Below are positions 1-9,322 of a stretch of 64,000 bases of DNA, piece after piece; the stretch's first letter is position 1, and each line of letters begins with the position of its first letter. The position numbers and the translations under genes are program-made. Under the pieces are notes generated by a model that did not search any database, had not been told where the DNA came from, and worked only from the letters and a program-made list of their open reading frames with translations. The stretch comes from a bacterium. Lineage in GTDB: Bacteria; Lernaellota; Lernaellaia; Lernaellales; Lernaellaceae. The stretch covers positions 545,045 through 609,044 of the forward strand of contig DAIMDW010000001.1 in NCBI GenBank assembly GCA_036725605.1. The letters run 5' to 3'.

Positions 1-40
1 GATGTTTTGCGATGACGACAATGAACAAACAAAGACCGGA

Positions 41-1648
41 TTACGATTCTTTATTGTCCTTGCGAGTAACATTAGGTTCACATCCTTTCTCAATCGACCA
101 GTTCCCGGATTTATTAGCAATCAATTGATTTTCTTCATATGTGCCTTTGCCCGCTTTATATACACGGATGCCATAATACCGATTCTCTTTGATCCGATTG
201 CGACGCACTATCGGATCGCCATTTTCACTTGTAATTATTCCCGACGATTCATTGCCAAATATTTCATTATCTTCGAACGTGCCCCTGCCGTTCTTGTATA
301 CATAAACACCGCTCTGTTTGCCATTATAAATTCGGTTTCGTCGCACCGTTGGATCGCCATTTTCACTCGTTGCTATTCCCGATAATGCATTGCCAAATAT
401 TTCATTGTCTTCGAACGTGCCCTTGCCGCTCTCGTATACATAAACACCGCTCTGTTTGCCATCATGAATTCGATTGCGGCGCACTATTGGATCGCCGTTT
501 TCCCTCGTTGCTATTCCCGATAATCCATTGCCGAATATTTCGTTATCTTCGAACGTGCCCTTGCCTCTCTCATAAATGAAAACGCCGCTGTAACGACCAT
601 CGTGAATTCGATTTCGCCGAACACGCGGGTCTGCTCCTCCATGTACGGCTAAACAGGCTTGACTTTGACTGGAAATATCACATCCTTCCAGTTCCAAGCA
701 TCCTTGTACAATGTTTACTGAATACCAATTTCCTTCACCGCATTGCCGTAATGTCAAGTTGATCAATCGGCCAAATTCCGTTTGAAATTTCACTACATTC
801 GCTTCGTACGACTCAACAATGATCTCTTCCAATAAACCGTCGCCGATGATTTCCAACGGTTTGTCGATTATCAAACTTTCCTTATACAATCCCGGTCGCA
901 CTAGAATCCTAGTTCCCGGTTCCGCTTGGCGAATGGCTGCACTGATTTTATTGTGGTCCCCTCGTCCGCGCATCGGATCGACAATCAATGTTGGTGGTTC
1001 TTTTCGTTTGACCGGCGCCACATTCGGTTTTTCCTTTTGGATTGTTGAGATTGAAGAGACTTCAGACTGTTCTATATTAACCTTTTTTACCTTTTTCCCA
1101 GTACTTTTCGCTTTTGCTTTCTTCTTGGGAGGCTCAATTCCCGCCTCCACAGCGTCACGGATTTTGATCGCCATTTCGGCCAGTCGTTTGCCTACTTCCG
1201 GACTGGTAAATGGTTCAAAGCGCAGGTTAATCCAATCGATCCACTGTCGCTTGGCGATATCCTCGGCAATCGGATCTTGCTTCCGTTTGGCTTCATCCGT
1301 CAGAGCAGGTGTGTCCACATACAAAATCGGGAAAATCAGGTCGTCGCGTCCAATACTCTTTTCCCATTTCCAGAAAAGTTGGTATTCATTGCGGCATTCC
1401 GGGCGTTTCAAATAGCCTGGAGTAACGACAACAATTAATACAGTTGAGGCATCCAAACCTTCTTCAATACGTTTTCTCCATTGTTTTCCCCATTCGATAT
1501 CTCGTCGATCTTGAAAGATAACAAACGGGTCGCCGCTTTGTACAATAACTTCCTTTTCAAGACGTTCGCGCATAGTGGAAAGCCTGCCACCGTCCTGATC
1601 ATCATTCTGATGGGCATAGCTGAAAAATGCCGCAGGTTTTCTGTCCAT
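41..1648 (-). CDS. TIR-domain protein fused to C-terminal parallel beta-helix (PbH1-like) repeats; candidate NADase/defence effector
   Basis: The N-terminus (FFSYAHQND...IFQD..DIEWG..W...I......VLIVVVTPGYLKRPECRNEYQLF) matches the TIR/TIR_2 fold, including the alphaC Glu in RNEY. A Lys-rich linker follows. Then come about 4.5 tandem repeats of roughly 41 aa (NRIHDGKQSGVYVYESGKGTFEDNEIFGNALSGIATSENGDP) typical of right-handed beta-helix proteins. The ATG at 1648 is preferred over the TTG at 1693. Local GC is lower than in the rest of the window. Confidence 0.6.
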   Translation of the reverse strand: MDRKPAAFFSYAHQNDDQDGGRLSTMRERLEKEVIVQSGDPFVIFQDRRDIEWGKQWRKRIEEGLDASTVLIVVVTPGYLKRPECRNEYQLFWKWEKSIGRDDLIFPILYVDTPALTDEAKRKQDPIAEDIAKRQWIDWINLRFEPFTSPEVGKRLAEMAIKIRDAVEAGIEPPKKKAKAKSTGKKVKKVNIEQSEVSSISTIQKEKPNVAPVKRKEPPTLIVDPMRGRGDHNKISAAIRQAEPGTRILVRPGLYKESLIIDKPLEIIGDGLLEEIIVESYEANVVKFQTEFGRLINLTLRQCGEGNWYSVNIVQGCLELEGCDISSQSQACLAVHGGADPRVRRNRIHDGRYSGVFIYERGKGTFEDNEIFGNGLSGIATRENGDPIVRRNRIHDGKQSGVYVYESGKGTFEDNEIFGNALSGIATSENGDPTVRRNRIYNGKQSGVYVYKNGRGTFEDNEIFGNESSGIITSENGDPIVRRNRIKENRYYGIRVYKAGKGTYEENQLIANKSGNWSIEKGCEPNVTRKDNKES

Positions 1649-1739
1649 AGGGTTAATAACCTTTGGTTGAATTAGGTTGATAACATTTATCAACGTTAAT
1701 AGGAGAGTGTCAATGTGATAAGCCGTCTGTGTTGCTTGC

Positions 1740-3053
1740 TCAATACCCCGCGAACCGCTTTTCGAGCATGATTTTGAGGATCGTCCGGTCCGCTTCGATC
1801 ATCCCCTGGCGGCTGAGCGTGCCGATGTTCTGCGAGGTTTTCTGGAACGACGTACCGATGATCCCCTCGGCCGAATGCACCGTCACTCCCTGCAGCGCGA
1901 ACAGCGCCGCCTGCACCGCCGTGCCCGCCGCCGTCGCCAGCTTGAGCGCGCACGAACCCTTCGCCCCGTCGCAGATCACCCCCGCCAGATCCTCGATCAG
2001 ATTCGAAATCGACCCGGCGATGTGGTGGATGTCGCCGCCCAACAGGTAGGTCACCCCGGCCGCCGCGCCGGCTCCGGCGGCGATCGAACAACCACACACC
2101 GCCGACAGCCGCCCGGTGTGCGCCTTCACATAGGCCGTCACCAGGTGCGAAAAGGCGATCGCCTCCAGCAGCGTTTTCTGCTCGTATTCGATGAAATTCT
2201 TGACCGCGTAAATCGGCAGCACCGCCGTCAGACCGTGGTTGCCGCTGCCCGCCGAGGACATCGCCGGCAGTTTGACGCCCGCCATGCGCGCATCGGAAGC
2301 CGCCGAGGCCAGAATGCGCGCTTCGAGGATCATGTCGCGCTTGAGCAACCGTTGTTTGGCCAGCCGGTCGAAGGTCTTGCCCACGCCCAGCCCCGGCCCG
2401 TGCTTGAGGCCGTACTCGGCCAGGCGCAGATTGAGCGTGATGCTCTCCTGCAAAAAGGTGAAGTCGTCCTCGCTGAGATCGTCGAGCATCTCCAGCAGCG
2501 TTTCGAGCGTGACCGTGCGCAGCCATTCCTCCAGGCGCGCCAACTCGCCGTCGCCTTCCGCTTCGGTACTCACCCCCAGCGCCGTTGCGGCCGGCTGCCC
2601 GTCGAGCGTGAGGGAAACGAGATTGTCATGCACGTCGCGGATGATCGCCTCGCCGACGGACGATCCGTTGCGCACCGTCGCGCGGATGAACAAGCCGATC
2701 TGGTTTTCCAGCAGGTTGACCTTCACGCCTCCCTGCTTGATCAGCCCCTTGGCCAGCCGCACGGTCTGTTCGTCGATCGGATCGAGCACCTCGAGCCGGC
2801 GCGTCGCATCGCCGCCGACCGCGCCCAACGCGGCCGCCATGTCCAGGCCGGTCAGGCCCGGCGCGCCCGGGATCGACACCGCGATGCCGTTTTTATAGAT
2901 GTTGCCGTCGACCCACACTTCGATCGCCTCGATCGTTTTATCCGGCAGCACCAAGGCGGCCGCCGCCGCGCAATAGGCGATCGCCGCCGGCTCGGTGCAA
3001 CCCAACGCCGGCGCCACTTCCATCCGCAGAATGTCTTGTACGCTGAAGGTCAT
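1740..3053 (-). CDS. L-cysteine desulfidase family protein (YhaM/CyuA, serine-dehydratase-like UPF0597)
   Basis: N-terminal VAPALGCTEPAAIAY and the central SAASDARMAGVKLPAMSSAGSGNHGLTAVLP block closely resemble E. coli YhaM, as I recall its sequence. Confidence 0.8.
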   Translation of the reverse strand: MTFSVQDILRMEVAPALGCTEPAAIAYCAAAAALVLPDKTIEAIEVWVDGNIYKNGIAVSIPGAPGLTGLDMAAALGAVGGDATRRLEVLDPIDEQTVRLAKGLIKQGGVKVNLLENQIGLFIRATVRNGSSVGEAIIRDVHDNLVSLTLDGQPAATALGVSTEAEGDGELARLEEWLRTVTLETLLEMLDDLSEDDFTFLQESITLNLRLAEYGLKHGPGLGVGKTFDRLAKQRLLKRDMILEARILASAASDARMAGVKLPAMSSAGSGNHGLTAVLPIYAVKNFIEYEQKTLLEAIAFSHLVTAYVKAHTGRLSAVCGCSIAAGAGAAAGVTYLLGGDIHHIAGSISNLIEDLAGVICDGAKGSCALKLATAAGTAVQAALFALQGVTVHSAEGIIGTSFQKTSQNIGTLSRQGMIEADRTILKIMLEKRFAGY

Positions 3054-3155
3054 TGTCGTTTGTTCCCCGCGCTGTGTGTTTTCAAATTATACGTGGCCCT
3101 TGCCCGGTTGCAACGTGGGCTGCCTTTTGCGATTATTCGATCTTGTGAGGGAACC

Positions 3156-3986
3156 ATGGATAAATACTTAAATGCCAATCGCCGTATGTGGGACGAGCGG
3201 GTTCGAGTGCACCAGAACGATTCCGAGTGCTACCCGGTTTCCGCCTTCAAAGCCGGCGACGAAAAAGCCGTGCCGCCCCTGCCCGACGATATCGGACCGG
3301 TGAACGGAAAATCGATTCTCCATCTGCAATGCCACTTCGGAATGGACAGCCTGGGATGGACGCGCAAAGGAGCGAAGGTCACCGGCGTCGACTTCAGCCC
3401 CGTGGCCATTGCCCAGGCGCGGCAACTCAACGACGAGTTGGGGCTCGATGCGCGTTTCATCGAGACCGACATCGCCGATCTGCCCGCTCATCTGACCGGC
3501 CAATTCGATATCGTCATGACCTATTACGGCACGATTATCTGGCTGCCGGATCTGCGCCGTTGGGCCAAGGTGATCGCCCATTTCCTCAAGCCGGGCGGTT
3601 TTTTCTATCTCGCCGACACGCACCCGACCGCGCTTTGCTTTGATGTGTACGACGACGATGCCGGCCTGCAACTACATTATGATTACTTCACCGACGGTCG
3701 TCCGCTGAAGTTCGAAGACGAAAGCGGATCATACGCCGATCCGACCGCAAAAACCGAAGCCAATCTTTCCTACGAATGGCAGCATTCGCTCGACGAGATC
3801 ATCAACTCGCTGCTCGCCGCCGGTCTGCGCCTCAAATACATCCACGAGTTCCCGTACGCCTTTTTCAATTTGTATTACAAGACGAAACCGGAGTTGATGT
3901 TCAAAGATGAAGCCGGTTGGTGGCGCTTGCGGGAAAAGGCGAACAGCCTGCCCTTGATGTTCTCCCTCTGCGTCGAAAAACCGTAA
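3156..3986 (+). CDS. Class I SAM-dependent methyltransferase
   Basis: Methyltransferase motif I (ILHLQCHFGMDSLGW..GAKVTGVDFS) and later Rossmann-fold motifs are present. The ATG at 3156 is the real start; the upstream part of ORF 1875..3986 is antisense to the desulfidase gene. Confidence 0.7.
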   Translation: MDKYLNANRRMWDERVRVHQNDSECYPVSAFKAGDEKAVPPLPDDIGPVNGKSILHLQCHFGMDSLGWTRKGAKVTGVDFSPVAIAQARQLNDELGLDARFIETDIADLPAHLTGQFDIVMTYYGTIIWLPDLRRWAKVIAHFLKPGGFFYLADTHPTALCFDVYDDDAGLQLHYDYFTDGRPLKFEDESGSYADPTAKTEANLSYEWQHSLDEIINSLLAAGLRLKYIHEFPYAFFNLYYKTKPELMFKDEAGWWRLREKANSLPLMFSLCVEKP

Positions 3987-3990
3987 AAAA

Positions 3991-4017
3991 AGCCCCCGCG
4001 AACAACGGGGGCTTTTT
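3991..4017. terminator. Bidirectional rho-independent terminator between convergent genes
   Basis: AGCCCCCG-cgaacaa-CGGGGGCT hairpin flanked by an A-run and a T-run (aaaaaaAGCCCCCGcgaacaaCGGGGGCTttttt). Confidence 0.65.
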
Positions 4018-4040
4018 CATTCTTTCTCAAGATCGGCGAA

Positions 4041-5891
4041 TTACTCTTCCACCTCGATCTGATCCGGATAGGTGATCTTGATGTACATGTTGTCGCCGAA
4101 ATCCTGCTGGCAGGCGAATTCGGCTTCCTCGCCGTCGGGCCACACGACGCGCAAGGTGCACTCGCAGCTCATCGCGCCCAGGCCGAAGTGCTGTACGCGC
4201 GTGCTTTCCGAGTTGTAGTGGCCCTTGCTCGATTTCTTTTCGCGCATCAGCGTTACGTCGTCGGATTCAAGGTACAGCCGCGCGCCGATCGCGTCGCGGT
4301 TGATGTTCTCGCCGTCGCCTTCCAGCCGCACGGCCAACCAGCGGTTTTCCTGCCCGATGTCGTTGCGCAGCAGGAAATTCGGCCGTCCGCCGCCCAGGTC
4401 GCCCGCGCCGGTGAACAGGTCGAGGTCGCCGTCGTGGTCGATGTCGATCCAGATGTTGTTGCTGGTGCTCTTTGCGCGAATCCACACCGTATCGTCCGGA
4501 TCGTTGATGCCGCTGGCTTCGCCGAAGGATTGGAACGTGCCGTCATCGAGCTGCCGCCACAGGCCGAACCAACCTTTCATATCCCACTCGTAGTAGCGGT
4601 CCTCGTACTTTTTGTCGCGCGACAGGGAAAGGTCGAGTCGACCGTCGTTGTCGAAATCGACCATCGCGCCGTCAATGTCGCCTTCGTTGAAGATCAGGCC
4701 GCGCTCGAGGAACTCGTTGGTGAAGTAAAAGTCCTCGTCGTCGCCGCCGTTGATCAACAGTTGCGTCGGGTCCGACCATTTGCGCAGTTCGTCGGTGTTG
4801 GTCGCGTGCGAAATGGTGGTCAGGAAGATATCCAGGTCGCCGTCGTTGTCCACGTCGCCGCAGTCGATGCCGAAGCCGTTGCTGCCCACGTAGGTGCCCG
4901 GTTCCGCGCCGGGTTCGGGCGCGGTGCCGTGATCGGTGGTCACCAGGTAGTAGTTGCCGGTCGCCAGGCTGGCGAAGCCGCGCTCGACGGCCACGTTGGT
5001 GAAGTTGCCCTCGCCGTCGTTTTCCCACAGATGGTTCAGACCGTTGAGCGTCGAGACGCTGTAGGTCGACACGAAAATATCCAGGTCGCCGTCGTTGTCG
5101 TAATCGGCCGTGATGCACCCGTTGGTCGGCTGGGCAGTCTGGTCGGCCAGGCGGTCGGAGACGTCCTCGAACGTGCCGTCGCCGTTGCCGAAGTACAGCA
5201 GGTCGGTCGCGGCGTACATCGTGTGGCCGTTGCCGACGAACAGGTCGAGGTTCGCGTCGCCGTTGAAGTCGGCGAACAACGCGTTGCCCGCGTAGGTTTT
5301 GTAATTGCCGTCGACGCCCGAGTCGTCCAGGACGGTGAAATGTCCCTCGCCGTCGTTGAGCAATATTTCGCTGCGGTAATCCTCGTAGCGGAAGATATCC
5401 AACCCGGCGAACGCGTCCTGGTCGCCGTCGTTGTCCACGTCGCCGAAGGCGAAGAAGCCGGCCTGAATGTCGCGCAGGCCCGACTCGTCGCTGAAATCGG
5501 TGAACGTGCCGTCGCCGTTGTTGAGGAAAACGAGGTGTTCGAAGGGCACGCCGTTTTGCGCATTGGGGAACAGGCTGTGCATCAACAGGTCGTCGTAACC
5601 GTCGCCGTTGATGTCCGCGCTTTCCACCCGGGCGTGGTCGTTGCGCTGAATGTCTTCGGGCGGATCTTCATAGTAATTGTCCACCCGCATGCCGCTTTGG
5701 TCGGAGATGTCGACGAAGAAATCCGCTTCCGGCTCGACCGGATCGCTCGGATCGCATTCATAGTTGTCGTCGTCATCATCGTCGTCGTCATCGTCGTCAT
5801 CGTCGTCGTCATCGCACGAGCAGGCTCCGATGGCCAGCGACAGCGCGCCGCACAGCAACAACACCAAAAACAGTCGGCTCCAGATTTTCAT
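4041..5891 (-). CDS. Secreted FG-GAP/VCBS repeat lipoprotein with ASPIC/UnbV-like C-terminal domain (CRTAC1-like) and poly-Asp linker
   Basis: Signal peptide with LAIGAC lipobox, followed by a run of about 20 Asp. Multiple D-x-D-x-DG-x-x-D calcium-binding FG-GAP motifs occur (DVDNDGDLDIF, DYDNDGDLDIFV, DFNGDANLDLFV). The C-terminus (RDAIGARLYL...GHYNSES..FGLG) resembles ASPIC/UnbV. Confidence 0.75.
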   Translation of the reverse strand: MKIWSRLFLVLLLCGALSLAIGACSCDDDDDDDDDDDDDDDDNYECDPSDPVEPEADFFVDISDQSGMRVDNYYEDPPEDIQRNDHARVESADINGDGYDDLLMHSLFPNAQNGVPFEHLVFLNNGDGTFTDFSDESGLRDIQAGFFAFGDVDNDGDQDAFAGLDIFRYEDYRSEILLNDGEGHFTVLDDSGVDGNYKTYAGNALFADFNGDANLDLFVGNGHTMYAATDLLYFGNGDGTFEDVSDRLADQTAQPTNGCITADYDNDGDLDIFVSTYSVSTLNGLNHLWENDGEGNFTNVAVERGFASLATGNYYLVTTDHGTAPEPGAEPGTYVGSNGFGIDCGDVDNDGDLDIFLTTISHATNTDELRKWSDPTQLLINGGDDEDFYFTNEFLERGLIFNEGDIDGAMVDFDNDGRLDLSLSRDKKYEDRYYEWDMKGWFGLWRQLDDGTFQSFGEASGINDPDDTVWIRAKSTSNNIWIDIDHDGDLDLFTGAGDLGGGRPNFLLRNDIGQENRWLAVRLEGDGENINRDAIGARLYLESDDVTLMREKKSSKGHYNSESTRVQHFGLGAMSCECTLRVVWPDGEEAEFACQQDFGDNMYIKITYPDQIEVEE

Positions 5892-6001
5892 GTCCTTCTC
5901 CCGTCAATTCAGGTCGCATCCTCTTTAACATTCAATTTTGAATAGAGCAAACCCCTAGCCACGGCCGGTTGACTCGCCTGAATTTCGAAAAAAATGGAAA
6001 A

Positions 6002-6799
6002 CTACTCGATCGCCTGCAAGCCGTATGGCGGCGCGGCGTTGACCAGCACGCCCGGGCGACACTTGAGGCGCGCCTCGGTAAACTGCCGGTCTTCCATATG
6101 TGCCGAGAGCGTGTACTCACCCGGCGGAACGTTGATGAATACGACGCCGCCGTCGCCGGTCGTCTCTTCCAACGTACGCACCGGAATGTCGATGATCGTG
6201 CCGTTGGGCAACTCGAAAATCTGAAAGTAGAACGGCCCCTGCGTCGGCGGCAGTGGCGGATCGATCGTCACCGTCGCCCCGGCGATGCCGCTGGAAAACG
6301 GATTGCCGCCCGCTTCGGTCACCGTCGAGGCGATCTGGCACATGTTCGGATCCAGCGTCTCGAACAGGACCAGCGCCAACGCCCAGACGATCGGTCGCGG
6401 CGGCGCCTGCAAATGAAAATCGTCGATCGTCTCTTCGGTCAGTTCCACCGTGGCCGATTGCGTGGGATAAAAATCGCGATGTTGCGAAATCAGTGTCAGG
6501 TCGTCGCCGACCGCCAGGTTGTCGAAGGAAAATCGTCCTTGTTCATCGGTCGTCACCGCCGGGATTCTCGGCCGCTCGACGATCGAGATTTCCGCTTCCG
6601 GCAGCATGGCGAACGACCAATCGAAGCGCCAGACCGCACCGCCGGCCGCGGTCGTTTCGATAGATGAATGATGTCCGGATTTGCTTGTGGTTTGGCTCAG
6701 CGCAATATCGGCCCACTCGTCGCCGCCTTCGTTTTCGCCGCCGCACGCCGTCAGCAACAACATCGTGACAATCAAAATAAGTATCTTCGCCCGGTCCAC
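6002..6799 (-). CDS. Lipoprotein with carboxypeptidase-regulatory-like beta-sandwich domains (hypothetical)
   Basis: Signal peptide plus LLTACGG lipobox. PGEYTLSA-type strand motifs occur in two roughly 100-aa modules. Confidence 0.5.
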   Translation of the reverse strand: MDRAKILILIVTMLLLTACGGENEGGDEWADIALSQTTSKSGHHSSIETTAAGGAVWRFDWSFAMLPEAEISIVERPRIPAVTTDEQGRFSFDNLAVGDDLTLISQHRDFYPTQSATVELTEETIDDFHLQAPPRPIVWALALVLFETLDPNMCQIASTVTEAGGNPFSSGIAGATVTIDPPLPPTQGPFYFQIFELPNGTIIDIPVRTLEETTGDGGVVFINVPPGEYTLSAHMEDRQFTEARLKCRPGVLVNAAPPYGLQAIE

Positions 6800-6929
6800 T
6801 GCACACCCCTTTCCGGAACAACGGCGGTTCGCCTAAGGTACAAAATCCAAGCAAAGTCAGTCAAGAAAGATCGCACCCGCCGGCGGAAATTCCGGTATGA
6901 TGCGACCACAAACCGACGGAAAAGCGATC

Positions 6930-7412
6930 ATGAGCGATTATCCCATCACCCAGGCGGTGCGCGCGTTGCGACAGTACAAAATCGACTTCACGCCCACGCC
7001 GTACCCCTACGAGGAGCACGGCGGCACCCGGCGCGCGTCGCAGATGCTGCACGTGCCCGAGCACGTCGTCATCAAGACTCTGGTCATGCAGGATGAGAAC
7101 AAAAAACCGCTACTGGTGCTCATGCACGGTGATCGTGAAGTGTCGACCAAGCAACTGGCGCGCGAACTGGGCGTGAAGGCGGTCTCTCCCTGCGAAGAGA
7201 AAATCGCCGAGCGCCTGACCGGCTATAAGGTCGGCGGCATCAGCCCCTTCGGCGTGCGCGCCCAAATGCCCGTGTGCGCCGAAGCGACGATCTTCGAACT
7301 CGAGGCGATCCACATCAACGGCGGCAAACGCGGCTTCCTGGTGCGCATCGACCCGCGCGACATTGAAAAGGCGATGACCGTCCGCCGCGTCAACGTCGCC
7401 GTCGAACCGTAA
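6930..7412 (+). CDS. ybaK: YbaK/ProX-type aminoacyl-tRNA deacylase (Cys-tRNA(Pro) deacylase family)
   Basis: Conserved T.A...L......F........Y pattern at the N-terminus, with KTLV...........L.LMHGDREV..K.L.......K and GY.VGGISPFG typical of the YbaK domain. RBS GGAAAAG lies upstream of the ATG at 6930. Confidence 0.7.
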   Translation: MSDYPITQAVRALRQYKIDFTPTPYPYEEHGGTRRASQMLHVPEHVVIKTLVMQDENKKPLLVLMHGDREVSTKQLARELGVKAVSPCEEKIAERLTGYKVGGISPFGVRAQMPVCAEATIFELEAIHINGGKRGFLVRIDPRDIEKAMTVRRVNVAVEP

Positions 7413-7467
7413 GCTTTTCTCCAACCTCGCCTTTCGCTACACTAGCGAAAAATCCCAAAGGATGCGG

Positions 7468-9288
7468 ATGGAATCGGTCGGCGAAATGTTGGCGCGTTAC
7501 GGCCACCTGTTGGCGCAGGGTTGGTGGTTGCCGCTCGTGTGCTTTGCCGTCGGTCTGATATTGCCCTTCGCGCGCCGTCCCCGCGTCACGCGCTGGGCGC
7601 TGCCTTTGTTGATCGTCGGACTCGGCATCGCGTTCGCGCATCTAAAAACGGCGATGTACGACGACGCCTATTATTCCTTCCGCTGCGCGCACAACCTGAT
7701 CGCCGGCAACGGTCTGGTGTACAACATCGGCGAACGCCTGGAGGTCTACACCAACTTTCTCTGGACGATCTGGCTGGCGCTGTGGATGCGCCTGACCGGG
7801 TTCAACGCGCCGTTCGTTTCCATCGTCTTTACCCTCGCCTGCTTCCTCGGCAATTTGCTGATCGTTTATCGCCTCGGCCTGTTGCTGAGCGCCACGAACA
7901 AAATCGTTCACTATTGGCCGCTGGCCGCATTGTTGCTCGCCGGGCAAAATTCCTTCGCGTCCTTCGCGTCCACCGGGTTGGAAACGATGGCCGGCAGCCT
8001 GTTGGTCAATGTGGGCTTGTTGTTTCTGCTGACCGCCGCCGATACGCGCCGGGCGTTTTTGGCCGGATTCTTTTTCATCCTGGCGACGCTCAACCGCCTC
8101 GACCACAGCCTGTTTTACGTCGCCGGCGCATTCGCTCTGCTCTGGATGAACCGCGGCGCGCTGACCGCCCTTTTGCGCGGCCGCTGGTCGGCCGCCCGCG
8201 CACAGGGGCTCGATCGTTTGCTCGCCTACGCCCTCGCGCTCGTGCCGCTGCTGGCCTACCTGGGCTGGAAACTCGCCTACTACGGCTCGCTGCTGCCCAA
8301 CACCTTTTTCGCCAAGTCGGCGTACATTCCCTATGCCTACCAGGGCTTGCGCTACCTCGCCGCCTTTTACCTGGGCAGCCATTTGTGGGTGGCGCTGCTC
8401 TTGATGCTCGTCTGGTTCCTGCGCCCCACCGACGACGACCGCGTGCGCACGATGAAGACCTTCACCCTCGCCGCGTTCGTTTTGTGGCACGCGTATATTC
8501 TCTGGGTCGGCGGTGACTACCTTTACGGTCGCTTCATGGTCGTGTTCATGCCCTTGGCGCTGCTGGCGGCGGAAAATCTCACCTTCACCGGCCTGCGGCG
8601 CAAATGGGTGATGCACCTGACGGCCGCGTTGCTGGCGGCGACCGCCTGCGGTGTGCAACTGATCACCCCCGGCACCGGCGACTGGTGCATGATGGACGAA
8701 ACCACGCACTCGCCCGACAGCGTGATGCATCTGTACCGGGAACGCGACCAACACGAACTTCGTTTCGCCTGTCTGCTCGGCGCCGGCTTCGCCCCGAAAA
8801 TCCTGGTCGATGGGCGCGACGGCTACACGGTCGCCTTGCCGGCCGTCGATCGCTGGGGGCTGACCGATCCGCAACTCGGCCGGCGACCGCTGACGCAACG
8901 CACTTGCCCGGGCCACGAGAAATACGCATCGCTGGAAGACCTCGTCGCGCGCGACGTGCGCCTGTCGGCCCTGCCGCTGGAGATATTCACCGACCGGCAC
9001 CAAACGGTGAACGATCTGCACCTGCCCTGCGGCGAAGTGAAGATGCTCTTCTATGACCGCGCCTGGCTCGATCGTCTGCAGGCGGCGCTGCCGGAAGTGC
9101 GCTTCGTCGACTTCCCGGCGTTTCTCGACGAATACATCGCGGCCCTGCCCGGCAAAACGCCGCCGGAAGTGGCACAGGATTTGCGCGATTTCCGCCGGTA
9201 CTATTTCGCCGTCAACGACGATCCGCCGCGGCTGCAGGTGTTAATTGATTATCTGACCGCGAAAAATGTTTTGACGCCGTCACCGTAA
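7468..9288 (+). CDS. Polytopic membrane protein, putative GT-C fold glycosyltransferase (ArnT/PMT-like), paralog 1
   Basis: About 12 predicted TM helices. A DDAYYSFRCAHNL..GNG motif sits in the first extracytoplasmic loop, comparable to the DE/DD..RYA catalytic loop of GT-C enzymes. A roughly 200-aa soluble C-terminal domain carries a conserved CPGHEKY motif. Confidence 0.45.
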   Translation: MESVGEMLARYGHLLAQGWWLPLVCFAVGLILPFARRPRVTRWALPLLIVGLGIAFAHLKTAMYDDAYYSFRCAHNLIAGNGLVYNIGERLEVYTNFLWTIWLALWMRLTGFNAPFVSIVFTLACFLGNLLIVYRLGLLLSATNKIVHYWPLAALLLAGQNSFASFASTGLETMAGSLLVNVGLLFLLTAADTRRAFLAGFFFILATLNRLDHSLFYVAGAFALLWMNRGALTALLRGRWSAARAQGLDRLLAYALALVPLLAYLGWKLAYYGSLLPNTFFAKSAYIPYAYQGLRYLAAFYLGSHLWVALLLMLVWFLRPTDDDRVRTMKTFTLAAFVLWHAYILWVGGDYLYGRFMVVFMPLALLAAENLTFTGLRRKWVMHLTAALLAATACGVQLITPGTGDWCMMDETTHSPDSVMHLYRERDQHELRFACLLGAGFAPKILVDGRDGYTVALPAVDRWGLTDPQLGRRPLTQRTCPGHEKYASLEDLVARDVRLSALPLEIFTDRHQTVNDLHLPCGEVKMLFYDRAWLDRLQAALPEVRFVDFPAFLDEYIAALPGKTPPEVAQDLRDFRRYYFAVNDDPPRLQVLIDYLTAKNVLTPSP

Positions 9289-9322
9289 CGCATACAATCC
9301 GTCCGAAGGGGATCACGTCGGC

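Noticed and set aside
1-1700. Low-GC left end as a prophage or integrative element
   Set aside because: Only one gene is visible, with no integrase, tRNA or phage structural genes in the window. I kept it as a compositional observation under the TIR finding.
1875-3155. 5' two-thirds of the 703-aa plus-strand ORF
   Set aside because: It is antisense to the well-supported CyuA/YhaM-like gene and translates to Arg/Gln-rich low-complexity sequence. Only the 3' part from the ATG at 3156 is a real methyltransferase.
4188-5945. 585-aa plus-strand ORF
   Set aside because: Antisense to the FG-GAP lipoprotein. A Val/Ala-rich mirror translation typical of high-GC DNA.
7521-9021. Alternative-frame ORFs overlapping GT-C paralog 1 (331 aa plus, 459 aa minus)
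   Set aside because: Arg/Pro/Ala-rich composition with no motifs. The frame with TM helices and the DDAYYSFR motif is the coding one.
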